A DNA stretch of 63,779 bases, filler included, from Octopus bimaculoides (Eukaryota), in the NCBI RefSeq assembly GCF_001194135.2. It is 5 parts of 5 records of this genome, joined end to end, with 100 filler letters (N's around TTAATTAATTAA, not from the genome) between each part and the next. Parts side by side here need not be neighbours in the genome. Positions count along the whole stretch, not along the records: positions 36,759 to 56,537 come from NC_068981.1; 4 more parts are not named here. One strand, written 5' to 3'. Positions 39,222 to 53,600 of the stretch are shown here, piece after piece. The translations under genes were made by a program, and so were the position numbers. Below the pieces are notes generated by a model. That model worked only from the letters and a program-made list of their open reading frames with translations. It was not told the origin of the DNA and ran no database searches. Positions within the stretch are counted from its first letter, which is position 1. The number at the start of each line of letters is the position of its first letter.

Positions 39222-41829
39222 GGGGGGGGGTGTATAATCGGTAAATTCTGAATGACAGCCATATTAATGTAATCGTACACGTTATACAACGTCTACAAAA
39301 AAATCCCTCATTTTACAACACCAATAATATTTTAGTTCCAATGCTTTCCTTTTTGCTTGATGTTCCACTTGTATGATTATATCAGTGAAATATTACTAAT
39401 AGAAAGTACCCTAGCGTTTTATTTTACATTAATTCCTTGGTTAAATATATTGTAGATAGTGTATGCTAATAAAAATAATCTCAATTATCAGACTTGATTA
39501 TAAAATTCTTACAGGCTATAAAAAATCTAATTGTGTGTATTACTTTGTAAACTGAAATGTCCTTACATTATAAATGTGTTTGTTTCTCTGGAAAGATATG
39601 TTACGTTATTATAATTCATTAGTTTACTGAACTTAATGTGTAGCACTTCATAAAGATTCATTTCCGAATGTGAATGTTGCGTGTAACACAGGATTAAAAT
39701 ATGCTTAATACCACAAGCGTCGCTCAATGTACTTTATTTCATATCATGCATTCCGTGCTTTGCTTATTTGTGCTTTAAATCTCAAGCTGTACATGATATA
39801 TGTCTCTATATTTTGTAACGTTAAAACTTTTCATTTGAGTGTTGAATAAGTGCATTATCAAAACCTGAGTATTAATAGATCATGAAGAAAAAAATAATAC
39901 AACGTAGAGCTATGTAGTGCTATTAATATTTTTGAACTATTCTTCCAAATTCATAGAATCATAGAGGACATCCTAACCCATAATTTGTAAGAAGATCAAA
40001 AACTGTTGTGATTGCTTAAAGAAGAATGGACTTCAAATATCCCAAACTAATGGTTTAAGTACTCGAAAAAAAGAAATAAAATGTTCGAGATTCTCCATAT
40101 CTCACATATTGCAATTCACCCAGGAACAACTTGTTCGAGAAGCGTACTTCTTGAACTGGAGTCTCTTCCTACGTGTCCTTGTATATCTTGGTTATTACTG
40201 AATTTCATCGATTATATCTGACATAATGAAGTCATCCGTAGGTAAATGTTGAGGATTCTAATAGTGAACAAGAGATATTATGCATTTATTTACATTTCCA
40301 AGCAAGGAATAATAGTCATCGCCAATTACTCCTATTCGTACTGCTAAGGCTCTATGTTTACACTTCACCTGTCTCCGAGAAATATCCCATGCAATGGATT
40401 TTGACAGCATTTTACACCAATTCACAAAATGGATTTCTAACCTAAATTCCACCCTCAGAGTTGATAGAAAATAATCCTCTAAATTCAAAAGGTCTTCGCT
40501 GTAATTAAATCTTTTTAGTTTGCAATTAAGTGAAAAATGTTTGATGAGGAGACAGTTTTGATATAAATCCGTTCTAAAACAGTGGAAAGTGTACTTTAAT
40601 TAGCTAGACCGATTGGCAACGCAGAAAGCTTCTGAAGATAAAATAGAAGTTAAAAACAGTGGAATAGTGAAAATAGGACAGTTCACACTATAGTAATTTC
40701 ATTAAGTTTGAAAAGAAAAGCTACTCAGCTTCAATCAATAAACAATTATTGATCGTTATTTAGGAAGTTAAAGTATAGTTAAGACAAAAGAATACAAAAG
40801 AGACAAAACATGTTAAATTGTAATTTAATCAAATTTGATTTGGGGCTGTTTTAATGAAGTGAAGGGCTAAACAATGTGAACCACTTGGTTACTGAATTTA
40901 AAGAATATTGAGATTGATTCAGTTAAAAACGTATTCTAAGACTTCTTGACAGAGACATTTAACAAATATAGAATTAAATGTTTTATTTTTGTAGAAATTG
41001 CATAAGAATATACATACTACAGCGACTGCCACAGTAGCAATAGTAGTAGTAGCCTCTAAATATTAGCATCAATGCAGCAACTAATGCTTTAATGGTACAA
41101 AATGTTAGATATATTGTGAAATATGTCATTTTGACTTGCGTGGAGAGGAAATCGAATGCGATACGATTGAATTTTATATATCTGTTAAGGAAATACTGCT
41201 CAAATATAAACTAGAATTCAGCTACATTTTCAAGAAAAAATCGGCTTTTCACGGAGCAACAAACTAGACGCTACGTCTGCTTAGATAGTTTCAGCTATTT
41301 TAATGACGTTGTTAAATTAAAATAATGTATAAACTTGAACACATACAGAATATGTACCTAATATACACATTAACTATAACTAATTTTCCAAATTTCATGT
41401 CATATATTTGACACAATTAGAATATTCTTTGTGAACGATTACTGCTGCATGTGATTTCTTTTATCAAAATCTAAGGAGTTATAATGATGAAACTGATGAA
41501 AATTCGCATCACTAGATTTACAACCGGTGAAGTCACTTTGCTTATCAAAAATGTGAAATATTATAAGCTTAACACTTTTCAACTGTGAAGTTGGTTCTGT
41601 AACTTATGAAGTCTCTTATAATAGTGACATAGAATATAACAAGGACTGGGTATACTGAAACGATAACTAATAATTCAATATATATCAAGTGTCAACATAT
41701 TTCACAGTACTTTATTGTCGGTTAGAGTAGTCAGGTCGACTGTCTCATCTTATAAAGTGAATATGACCAGCAGTTAGGAGAATTAACATATGAGTATGGT
41801 AGTATAAAAGATTGTGTGTGATGGCATAT

Positions 41830-42012
<183 letters not shown>

Positions 42013-42952
42013 TAGGTAAACAGATATGAACACACCCATGCACACATATACATATAAACATGCATTTATGTTTTTATGTATGTAATGATGTGCGCCTGTG
42101 TATGCATTTAACACACGCCTTTAAAGACAAATATCAGAAAACTGAAGCGATTTATGATAAATTACACTGAATGAAACACAATTATGTTTTTAAAAGAATC
42201 CGAACAAGTAAAAAAAAATACTTGAAAATGTATAGAAATTTAAATGCTTTTTTGTAAAGAGCTTGCTATTAAATTATTTCTCAAAGAGGAATGTATTGTA
42301 TTAAGCATTAAGTATTCATATTCTGTTCGGAAGTATTTCATGTTAATATAATACTGTAAGCCTTTTTGTAATGATTCATATTCTTTTTCACTTTCAGTGG
42401 AGATTGCATCAAAAACATTAACAAGAATTCCCATCGGCGATTTAAGCATTTTTCTTCCACTACAAATTCCACATTATGTATTTTTATTAGATCAAATGCA
42501 GCCAAGTATGAGCGAGATTGCTGAAAAAATCTTAATTACTTCACAGAGTAATTCTTAGAAGGTAACAGCGCATTTGTTATATTTAAATTCTATATTGTTT
42601 TTACTCTGCAACATTATATCCTTGAATTGAAAATTTCTCGGTTTCATTTTCAGACAGAAATGACTTTGAATAGAGGCAACCAATACAAAGTAAAGAGTGC
42701 AGGGAACGTTGGAGACAATTATTAGTATGACTTTGAGCATTTTTGACGCAGTACAAATATGTAGGTGTAGTTAAAAAGAAGGAATACATATCAGCTTTTA
42801 ATGTAAATTCTGACTGATGCTTAGATTAGCTATAGTATTATTGATACATGTTTTACAGAGTGATTATTATATATCTTATGATAACATATGCTAAATGGTT
42901 AATAAATCTTATTCTAAGTCAATGGTGAATGCCTTCTTCTGCAAAACATGTA

Positions 42953-43427
42953 CAGTAATCCCTCGATTATCGCGGGTGTTATGTTCCAAAACCTCCCACA
43001 AAAATAATTAAGATATAAAAAATTATAAATACCTATCGACCGCAGAAACCTATGAAATACTGCAGAAATTTGCGGCGAGATGGCGGAAACGTTAGCACGT
43101 CGGGCGAAATGCTTAGCGGTACTTCGTCTGCCGCTACGTTCTGAGTTCAAATTCCGCCGAGGTAGACTTTGCCTTTCCTCCTTTTAGGGTAGATTAAATA
43201 AGTACCAGTTATGCACTGGGGTCTATATAATCGACTTCATTCCTTTGTCTGTCCTTGTTTGTCCCCTCTGTGTCTAGCCTCTTGTGGGCAGTAAATAAAT
43301 AAGAAATTTGCGATATAAACTTACAGATATTAGTCAGCAAATTCCACGATGTACTGTGTGTGCAATAGCTGAACGGTGATGTACTGAATGCAGGATAGGT
43401 GAACCGCGATACGGCAAGGGATTAATG
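42953..43427. mobile_element. pogo/Tigger-like MITE interrupted by a SINE; related copy at 45276-45497
   Basis: TA|CAGTAATCCCTCGATTATCGCGG...CCGCGATACGGCAAGGGATTAATG|TA. Confidence 0.78.
43075..43301 (+). mobile_element. SINE family A, full length, flanked by AGAAATTTGCG direct repeats
   Basis: Direct repeat at 43064-43074 and 43302-43312. Confidence 0.9.
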
Positions 43428-43692
43428 TATAATTTAAAAAATCAACATAAATATAGAAGTACGATTGCCGTAAGGTGTATAAAATATATATTTTGGAAAC
43501 AGTCCGTTTTCAGGTTCATATTGATTGCAGAATGACTGCTATACTCTGATTCTCGCATACAGAAAGCATGAAATTATTTTGCATTCTCATTATTTCGCTA
43601 CACTCATATTTACAGTGAAGAAATTCGGAGCGAAACGGTAGATAAGGCCTTCGCCATTCGATTACATAGTACTCACATCCCGGATACGTATG

Positions 43693-43749
<57 letters not shown>

Positions 43750-44320
43750 TGTAAATAAATGAGACTATGGGAGTTCAGGCGCCTACAATGCTGCAAATAT
43801 CGGCTAAATATATAATATAAGTTGACATATATATACGTAGACATATATATTTAAAAGAAAAAGTGTTGAAAAAAAAAACACATATACTGAGATGCAATTC
43901 GAAAAAGTCCGCCTCTTACATACATATATAGGGATAAACAATCTTCTATGTACTATGCTGAATACATGAAGTGTTCGTCTGGTATGTTTATTTTTTTGTT
44001 TATTTTTATGTGTCTTGACCATACTATACTGTTGAGTAAAATGTGCATGTTACTGCAATAATTACGAAATCATGATTATAGTTTAGTCTGTTTTTTAGGG
44101 GGCTAACTTTGAGAGTTGCATTTCCTCGCGTTCGGTAAAAATGTGTTTATTATGTTAGTTTGACCTTAGAGTCCCTCTTAGCGTGAGACATTCATGTATA
44201 GTAATGCCCTTACATAAATAAATATATTCTAGGGAATAAATGATGGATTTTCTCCTTATGAGCTTTTTTTTCACGCTAGCTACTTCATAAATTCTTATAA
44301 AAAACTTTATCCTATTATTG

Positions 44321-44363
<43 letters not shown>

Positions 44364-45656
44364 AATATATATAGATGATTTCGAACGCAGAGTGGCCGTT
44401 AGAGTACCAAAAATGCTGGGTAACTTAGCCGTACATGACACCTACATTGCTAGACATAACAGTTAAAATGCTCTAATGCTGTGTACGATACGCATTTTGT
44501 CCCTTCTAATAAAAATGAAGAAAACAAATACTTGATTGCCTACATATATGTATATGTGTGTCTGTGTGTGTTTGTTTGTGTGATCAATCAACAATAAGCA
44601 ATTGCTTTTTATGGACAGATTATAGATTATTTGGCTCGGTTGCGAGGCAATTGGCTTTCGTCCAAAAATATTTCAGATTTACAAAGAAATTGCATGCTAA
44701 TATTACAAGCATGAAATGAAAATCTGAATGGTAGTGCGAAGCTAACTTTTTTTTTTATTTTTCGTCAATGTGTGAGGTATCTTGTCAGCAATATGTGTGC
44801 ATGAATGTTTACGTATGAACGTATATATGAATGCGTATGTGTGTGTTTGTTGATCTTTATGCGTGAAACTCTGTATATTATTTGAACTCTTTCCATAAGG
44901 ACGGAAATGTTTTATTTATTGAAAGGAATACATATCCTTGCTTAAAGTGGGATAACAAAAATATTTATTTCTACATATTGAGCTCTAGATATTCATGCAT
45001 GTTATTGCGGATATTCTTTAAGACTGGAAACCTTAGATTTTCGTGATTCTCACGTAGACATGATAATTAAGTCCTACAACAAATATAAATATAAATTTCT
45101 ATTCATATTTGCAGAGCAGCTGTCCTCGGTGGCTATCACACAATCCTGCTATTTTGAAATACGCAATATCATCAAGTGAACAATGCTGTAGCGTATGTTG
45201 TGACGGGTTTATGTTAACGTCAATTTTTGTTTAAAAATGTATTCCGTAACCAGGTCAGGGCTAGTTCTCTCGTTACGGTAATCCTTCGACTATCGCTGCT
45301 GTTACGTTCCAAAACACCGCGTGATAGGTGAAATTCTTCGCTGTAGAAACAGCAGTATACTGTATATTATTTTTTTTATTTGTATAATTTGTATATATTT
45401 ATTTTATTACAAATGCAAAATAACACCACGGAGGAATCGACGTAAGCCTAAGTAATAAATCGTGATAGGTGAACCGTGATATGGCGAGGGATTACTGTGT
45501 TGATATATTTTGAAGGCTAAATATTCAGGTCCCTGCCTGGAATCGACCTCGGAATCTTGGAGTTAGTAGCTCGCGCTCTTAACCAATAATAATAATAATA
45601 ATAATAGCATCAAAATTTACCTCAGGAATGAGAACACAGGTTCAAAATTTTCCCAA

Positions 45657-45702
45657 AAGACCTGATGAATGTTGGAGGGTATAGCAGCCGAAACGTTGTG
45701 TT
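45657..45702 (+). ncRNA. Degenerate minimal hammerhead-ribozyme-like motif in a Penelope-like repeat end
   Basis: CTGATGA (45662-45668), imperfect stem II TGTTG/CAGCC, GAAA, palindromic ACGT, cleavage triplet GUU, imperfect stem I. Confidence 0.45.
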
Positions 45703-47363
45703 AACAACAAACAAGATGAGGACAAATGTAAATAATGTAAATAATATACAAAATTCCTCATCTCTTAAATATAGAACTGCATTGTCGTTTTGGTTTGTCA
45801 TTTCACAGAAGTTTTAAATAGTATTTTCATCGATTATAGAGGCAGATTATCTGCTACTAAGGAATTAGCGCTCATATTGCTGTATAGTACTCGCTGACAT
45901 AGAGTTGCAAGTTGGATTGAAGCATTACTTAGATTCAATTTATCGTTAGTACAGTTTGACAACGTTATTGTCCGTAATTATGAAATTAGTCACAGAAATT
46001 TTTAAAAAAATTTATTTTATGGCTTTGTAGCTAGATAATACTTTCTTTCCTTTAACCCTCCAACGCGCAGTATAGGCCACTTATAATTGAATTCCATGTC
46101 GCATAATTTTTCGCTTCTGTACTTATACTCTGCCATGAATGTCCCCCTTTCTCTAGTTCCTTTCGTGTTGATCTACGCCACGAGTTCTTAGGCCTACCCC
46201 TCTTTCTACATCCATCCGGATTCTACTGTAAAGCAGTTTTCGCTACATTTGGTGTGTATTTTCTAGTTGTGCTTCCAATCCACTTCCACTTTTTCTTAAG
46301 TATTTGCACCCTAATCGAAACTTGATTATGTTGCCACAATATTCCCGCAGAATCACTCGAGTGATTGAGTTGGAAATGGTTGGACAATCTATGGCGTATT
46401 TATTCTTTACAGATAGAGGATATGCTTCAGCTTATTGCATCATAGATATTAATATGTCCAATGGTTGTATAGTCCTCCATTACAGCGAAAAACATTATAA
46501 AATGTTCCTATCCGTATTGTTCAAGCATAAGATCAGAAATGCATCGAATTCTTATATAGAAATTAACTTCAGATATATTTCCAAAGTAATAGCAGAGAGG
46601 TATAGATGTGAACTTAACAAAAATTGTATGTTTTGAACTGAAGTGGATACAACAATGAAAATTATAATTGATTATTTTTTAAAAAAAGCACTATTTCAGG
46701 AGAGGATTTGTTTTTTTCGCCTAAACCTGGAGTTCCTATAAAAAAAATTTATTTAATTCGGATAATGCGATTCTGAAAAGAATATGCTTCTATTTAAAAA
46801 AGAAATTGCCTGAGTAGGTGCAGATAAATATCTGCAAACAGTAATCGAAAGTAAATTGATTGCACAATTCACGGAAAGATAAAATTGTACTTAAATATGG
46901 GCGAATTAAGATTAGTGCATGAGCAGGGCCTTGCGTTATCCAAACAATTGAAAACAGATGACTGAGGAAATTTCATTATACAAAAAGAAAACAAAAAATG
47001 TAATCACTCTTTTTATAAACAAGATGATCTCATCAAATAAATGTTAATGCACATTTAAAGGAAAATAGAAAGAAAAGTTGTTATGTAAACAAAGAATAAT
47101 GATACAAATACGCTATAAAATATCGTATATTATTCAGGAGAAATATCTTATTGGTACAGAGTCGTCCCAAAAAATGTGTACGGTATATCTGTTACGTTTG
47201 AGAAGCACAATGTTGTAAGAATATATACATTTAAAGGTTTTTATCCTGCATGACAAAAACACCCCACACACTTATTTATAAGCTTACGTGTCGAACGTAT
47301 GCATACAGGTATGTATATTATGTTATATTATACCATATTATATTGTATTTTATTATATTATAT

Positions 47364-47396
<33 letters not shown>

Positions 47397-47811
47397 GGCG
47401 TAGGAGTGGCTGTGTGGTAAGTAGCTTGCTTACCAACCACATGGTCCCGGGTTCAGTCCCACTGCGTGGCATCTTGGGCAGGTGTCTTCTACTATAGCCT
47501 CGGGCCGACCAATGCCTTGTGAGTGGATTTGGTAGACGCAAACTGAAAGAGGCCTGTCGTATATATGTATATATATATATATGTATGTGTGTATGTGTTT
47601 GTATGTCTGTGTTTGTCCCCCCAACATCGCTTGACAACCGATGCTGGTGTGTTTATGTCTCTGTAACTTAGCGGTTCGGCAAAATAGACCGAAAGAATAA
47701 GTACTAGGTTTCCAAAGAATAAGTCCTGGGTCGATTTGCTCGACTAAAGGCGGTGCTCCAGCATGGCCACAGTCAAAAGACTGAAACAAGTAAAAGAGTA
47801 AAAGAGTAAGA
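47397..47811 (+). mobile_element. tRNA-derived SINE family C, full length (CORE-like centre)
   Basis: tRNA-like head GGAGTGGCTGTGTGG...GGTTCAGTCCC, CTTGGGCAGGTGTCTTCTAC centre, internal (TA)(TG) tract, (GAGTAAAA)n tail. Confidence 0.9.
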
Positions 47812-47848
<37 letters not shown>

Positions 47849-47932
47849 TATAATAGTTAAAGAGGACAACAAATGTTAGGGTAAGGTAAACATCTCAAGT
47901 CATAAACATTATTATTGGGAAAAAGATTCAAA

Positions 47933-47988
47933 GACTTACAGCTGTTTCTAGAATATGCCAGAGTATGGGGTATTCCGTCATCGGAGAC
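47933..47988 (-). ncRNA. Minimal hammerhead-ribozyme-like motif, CCGAUGA variant
   Basis: Minus strand: GUCU-CCGAUGA-CGGAAUA...UAUUCUA-GAAA-CAGCUG-UA-AGUC. Confidence 0.55.
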
Positions 47989-48132
47989 ACATAGGGAAAA
48001 TAGTAAAGGTATAGATTAATGAAATGAAGACCTAGAGGACAGGGGTAATGGAATAGGGAGATGAAGATTAGACAAAAGAAGCTTGGAAGTTCCCAGTTCA
48101 ACTTTCCTATCTCGTAGAAATAAGTCCATAAG

Positions 48133-48333
48133 AAGGCAGCAAGCTGGCAGAAACGAGCGAAATGCTTAGAGGTATTTCTTCTGTCTTCACGTTCTGAGTC
48201 GAAATTCTGACGAGGTCGACTTTGCCTTTCATCCTCTCATGGTCGATAAATTAAGTACCAGTTGCGTACTTGGGCCAATCTAATCGACTGGCCCCCTGCT
48301 CTAAAACTTCGGGCCTTGTGTGTAGAGGAGAAA
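48133..48333 (+). mobile_element. SINE family A with 17-bp TSD
   Basis: AGAAATAAGTCCATAAG at 48116-48132 and 48334-48350. Confidence 0.88.
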
Positions 48334-48669
48334 AGAAATAAGTCCATAAGCCCTTAGGCGCTATCCTGCGTAAATTCATTTAGGTTAAAGTCCTGATAGT
48401 GTATATATATATATATATATATGCATAAGTGTGAGTGTGTGTGTGTGTATATAAAGTTCGTTGATATAGATATCACTACTATAGATTATACATTTTGATA
48501 TTGTCCTCAAAGCCAGAATAATAATTGTCACTATCTTCCCCATTTGGGGCTGTCTCGTATTCATGAGAAGTGTATGCATCTATTTTTCTCCTTTCTATTC
48601 GCGGTCAAATGGGTATGCAACAGAAATTAAAGAGCGCCTGTGGTTTATTATCTTTTTTAATAATTACAA

Positions 48670-49020
48670 AAGAGGCGGCCTGGCAGAATCTTTAGAACGC
48701 GGCACAAAATCCTTAGCGTTATTTCGTCAGTCTTTAATATTTCACTTCGAATTTGTCTTCATCCTTTCGGGGCATCGACTAGCCTCTCCCAACATAACCT
48801 CAAGCCTTCTACCCATCGTAGAAAGTATTCTTACAAAGCTGACAGAATTGTTAGCATGCCAGGCGAAATGGTTTGAGACAATTCATCTCTCCGTATGCTC
48901 TAAGTTCAAATTCCGCCGAGGTCGACTTTGCATTTTATCCTTTCGAGTCGTTCAATTAAGTACCGGTCAAACATTTAGGTTGATATAATCGACTAAACCC
49001 CTCTTCTAAAATTTCTCCTT
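48670..49020 (+). mobile_element. Two adjacent diverged SINE family A copies
   Basis: Two GGCAGAAT/GACAGAAT..TTAG heads; CCGCCGAGGTCGACTTTGC core in the second copy. Confidence 0.7.
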
Positions 49021-49044
49021 TCATATTTACTTCCATTTCTTGTC

Positions 49045-49097
<53 letters not shown>

Positions 49098-49102
49098 GTT
49101 GC

Positions 49103-49134
<32 letters not shown>

Positions 49135-49138
49135 ATGA

Positions 49139-49189
<51 letters not shown>

Positions 49190-49277
49190 CATTGTTATTA
49201 TTATTACTATGTATAATAGCTATCGGAGTCGATAAAATAATTATCAGTAATCGGCTCACCCTTACGCCCTGAAATTG

Positions 49278-49348
<71 letters not shown>

Positions 49349-49431
49349 GTTGTTGTTGTTGATGTTGTTGATGTTGTTGTTGTTGTTGTTGTTGTTGTCA
49401 TTGTTATTATTATTACTATGTATAATAGCTA
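49045..49431. repeat. Duplicated (TTA)n(TTG)n compound microsatellite
   Basis: Two blocks, each ending GTCATTGTTATTATTATTACTATGTATAATAGCTA. Confidence 0.9.
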
Positions 49432-50324
49432 AAACAAATAAAATGTCTTCAATGCCATTATGCATATAGCATAATTATTCTCAATCACGTTGAATTACCA
49501 CTCATTCCATCCTATCCATACAGGAGATATGTGGGTGTGTGAATGTGTATGTTTTGTCAGAGTGTCGGTGCATTTGCGTATATATGTAATATATGTGTGT
49601 GTGTATGTGTGTGTGTGTGTGTGTGTGTGAGTGTGGTTGTGTGTGTGTGTGTGTGTGTTCTCGAACTTGCTCACATGAATGAGCGAGTGCGCATGATCTA
49701 TGCGGCACCATTATTCTTTGTAGCAATTCTGGAATCTTGCTATTTTTGCGCTACAAAGTCAGAAAAATCTCCAAGTAAGCATTCTGGTTGTCATGTAGAA
49801 TTATACCTCTTCAATGAATGAACCAAATCCTTCGTGCAATTTTTACGAAATACAAGGCATTTGGCAACATACCCATAATAACAAAAGTATTATTGTGAAA
49901 GATCTCTACAATTCTTCTTTTCCGTCTACTTCTCCGGCTAATTCTTATTGTTCCTCTTCTTGGTATTCTTATTTCTGCTATTATTATTTTTCTTCGTATG
50001 GTTATGTATATTGTTCTTTTTTTCTTTCCTTTAGCTACTAAGAGAACAATAATATTCAGAACATATGCATGAATTTATGAGGAAAAAATGGCATGTAAAA
50101 CTATTTATAAAGCGTACAGCTACACAATTATAGCTTGTGGTCTCGTATTGATCTATTTTCTTCGAATAAACAATATGCTTCTAACTTTATTAACAGGATT
50201 TCTTTTAAGAAAGCTGTTTTTACGCAGAGAAATATTGAAATAATTCACATATGCGTATATAGATCCTTGTCTAGGAATGTATTTATGTGTTTATGTGTAT
50301 ATGCAGAGAGAGTTAAGGAGAAGG

Positions 50325-50666
50325 ATCGTCATGTCACTCCGTCGTTTACGACGACGATGACCGTTTCTCGTGAAAGTAACGCGTAAGTGGCTGAGCACTC
50401 CACAGACAGGTGCACCTTTAACGTTGTTCTCGGGAAGATTCTGCGTGGCACAGTGTGTGACAAGGCTGGCCCTTTTCAAATACAGGTACAACGGAAACAA
50501 GAAGAAGGAGTGAGAGAAAGTTGTGGTGAAAGAGTACAGGAGGGTTCACCACAGCATCCTGCCGCAGCCTGGTGGTGCTTTAAGTGTTTTAGCTCAATAA
50601 ACACTAACAACGCCCGGTCTTCGGAATCGAAACCGCAATCCCATGACCACTGGACCATTGCGCCCC
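50325..50666 (-). mobile_element. SINE family B
   Basis: Reverse complement is colinear with 7325-7705. Confidence 0.88.
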
Positions 50667-53600
50667 CACAGGGTAGAAGGATAACACATACGGATACGTG
50701 TGAGTGTCTTTGTGCATTTAATCAAGATATAAATACATATGCACACATACAAACACGGACACACGCCCGCACAAAGACAAAAATTGTCATAGTTACGCTT
50801 AAAAATATCTCCGCATATAAAGTGAAGACATAACTCTGCAAACATCGCTTTAATATGTATTAATCTAAATACCTGGAACTTCACAGTGCCACCGAAATCA
50901 CTATCACTGTGTTTGATATATATGCGTAGAGATACAGACTCAAAATGGTATACAGAGACACATATAGTTTTATATATACAGCCGTACACATCTATAACAG
51001 ATATGTGTATTTGCTTATGTATATAAGCATGCGTGCTTCTGCGTGTGTGCGAAAGTAATGATATAAATTGATATCCAAAATACAAATCATTAACAGCGGT
51101 TTATGCACATGAATCGTTGGTCGTGGCTCAAGAATGCACGATAGAATTTATGCCTTTAAATATTTTCCAAAATTGCTGATGCCGTCAGTAAAATCTGTGT
51201 CAATAGTATTTGATCGGGCAAATGGCAAGTGAAAATATTCAATATTATGCTTACGTGCTATAACTGTCAATTACTTATATAAAATATATTTGTCATTTTA
51301 TTTATATTTTTATATAAATATCTATATATCTACATTTACGTTTATATCATGCGTAGGATTATATCTCTATGTTAGTTATATTATGTATTATATTATGTTA
51401 GATAGTATTATTTCTGTGCATGAATCTTTGTATGTATGAAATTGTTATATTCCTGGGCATCAAGATTCTGACCGTTGTGATATATATTTTCGTTTATACA
51501 TAAATATACATACATGTGTGTGTACAAATGTATGTCCATTCTTTTCGCTCTCGGGGGCTTATATGCTCCATTATTAGACTATTTTTCTTAATCATTGCAC
51601 GGTGATCACTATATGATTTAGGCTTATATAAATAACATTGTTATTATTTACAGATTTACAGGATTGCAAAACCCAGCGCATATAAGAAAACCATTCGCAA
51701 CGAAAGCATATATATATATATATATATGTGTGTGTATATGTATATGTATATATCACACTGTGAGGAAATGTATATAATTAATTATAGAGCGCATATTTAC
51801 TTGAGCGTACAAACGGAATGAAATAGGACAAGGTGGATAATCTTTGATATCATGTACTTGTTTTTATATTTGGACAAGAATGAACATAGAAGTAAATTTA
51901 ACAAACCATGTGCACGGATACACTTAAGCACAAACATGCGTACATACTTAAAAACGTCGCCAACCGACACAATCACAGATAACATACGCATACAAATAAA
52001 ATCATCTTTAAATATACTATTTTATTTCCCTCAGATCATTGGTTGTTGCCAACGATAAGAGTATTTCATCCTTGTATACGATATTCATGGAAGTAGTAGC
52101 GGGTGCCTGGATTTGATCAATGTTACCCTGAATCCAGAATTCTTCGTGGTTAATCAATATACTTATATCTGTAGCTTATTAACGGCAAAAAGCATATTCA
52201 GTAGCCGTTTAGCACTTTCTTTATTCAGGTGTAACTATTTTTGTAAGATGTGTCAACGATGAAACATGTGATTAAAATTGATATGGTCTTCTTGTATTTA
52301 ATGTTTATATTATTTGTACTCTTTAATTTCTTAGGTACGTTTGAAACCGTTTCATGAACACGGAACTTCTTGAGGCTATCTACATTAATTGTAACTTACT
52401 TTTGTCACACTTGCTGAAGTAGTATATGAAATTGTAAAGTAAAACTTTTTATAAGGAATCATTGTCAAGTTTCCTATTTCCAAAGGTAATTTATTTTAAA
52501 TCTTCTGCTCTGTAAAAGCGATAATGCATTACAAAAAGTGCTTACACTCGATTCTCCACAATAGAGAGATTTTCTAATTAAAATAAATCTTATTCACTTC
52601 TTAATGATTACTCTTTATTTACTTAGTCTTTTCAAGTGATAATTGGTGCTGTTTCCTCACCTTAATTCAGCTCTAACAGAGTAGAAAATTCACTAAAAGC
52701 CACCACCATTTTATCCTAGATTGAAACACAAGGTTTTCAGAACCACATAACTTTGTGTCATTTTTTAAAAATAAAAATAAAAATAAAATATGGCCAAGCG
52801 ACCGTATTCCAGGTCTTTCATTTCAGATTTTAGATGCTATACACCGTTATGTGTCTACTTCATATACTTTCATGGATCCTGGATACTGGTCTTTTTAATA
52901 TTGCTTTAGGTTTATATGCATCGTTACATATCTGCTTCTCCAACCTTAACAAAGCCAGTACATCGGTGCCCTTTCAGCAATTGTTTATCGGCAGGTCTAA
53001 TGTAATTGTGCACTCATATAAACTAATAATCTACGGGATTCCAAATGCGAGTTGCTGGCTTGTCCTAAAGGGCGTTTTTCCCCATTTTAATGTATCTTCA
53101 TCTAATTTCAGGATATTTACTTTGGTGATTCAGGTAAATTCACTTTCCACATAAATGGTCTCCCTTAGTAGTGTAAACTTGTGTTTTATTAGTTTGCCCG
53201 TACGTGTTTATTTAACTGCTTTCTAGTGAATATATTTGTTCACAATATGAGCAGTAATCGAAGTTTCAGAAATAATGCGTCCTAACATCTGCATCACTGC
53301 ACAATAGAGAAAATGCTTAACATCAAGCCTGGTAGTTAATTACTTGCGGGACGAAAATATATTAGGCAGATTGCATTTTTGTTGATACTGCCTCCAAACA
53401 CTCTACCTTACGTTACCTGGGATGAAGTTTGAAAATCCCTGGAGCGAGAGTGATATTCATGACTGGAAGACATGCAGTGGCCATTTCTAGAGGGCGATTG
53501 TGACTCGTCTGTTTGTCAGTAATTCTGCATTTTGTTTAAATAGCCATTGCATTAAAATGTTTAAACTTGTATTTTCCTACGGGGTTGGGTAACCGAAAAA

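Noticed and set aside
46304-46636. 110-aa ORF, and a KNKY...TRVIL phosphatase-like word on the opposite strand
   Set aside because: No splice context, wrong motif spacing, and no other PTP motifs (WPD, HCSAG) found.
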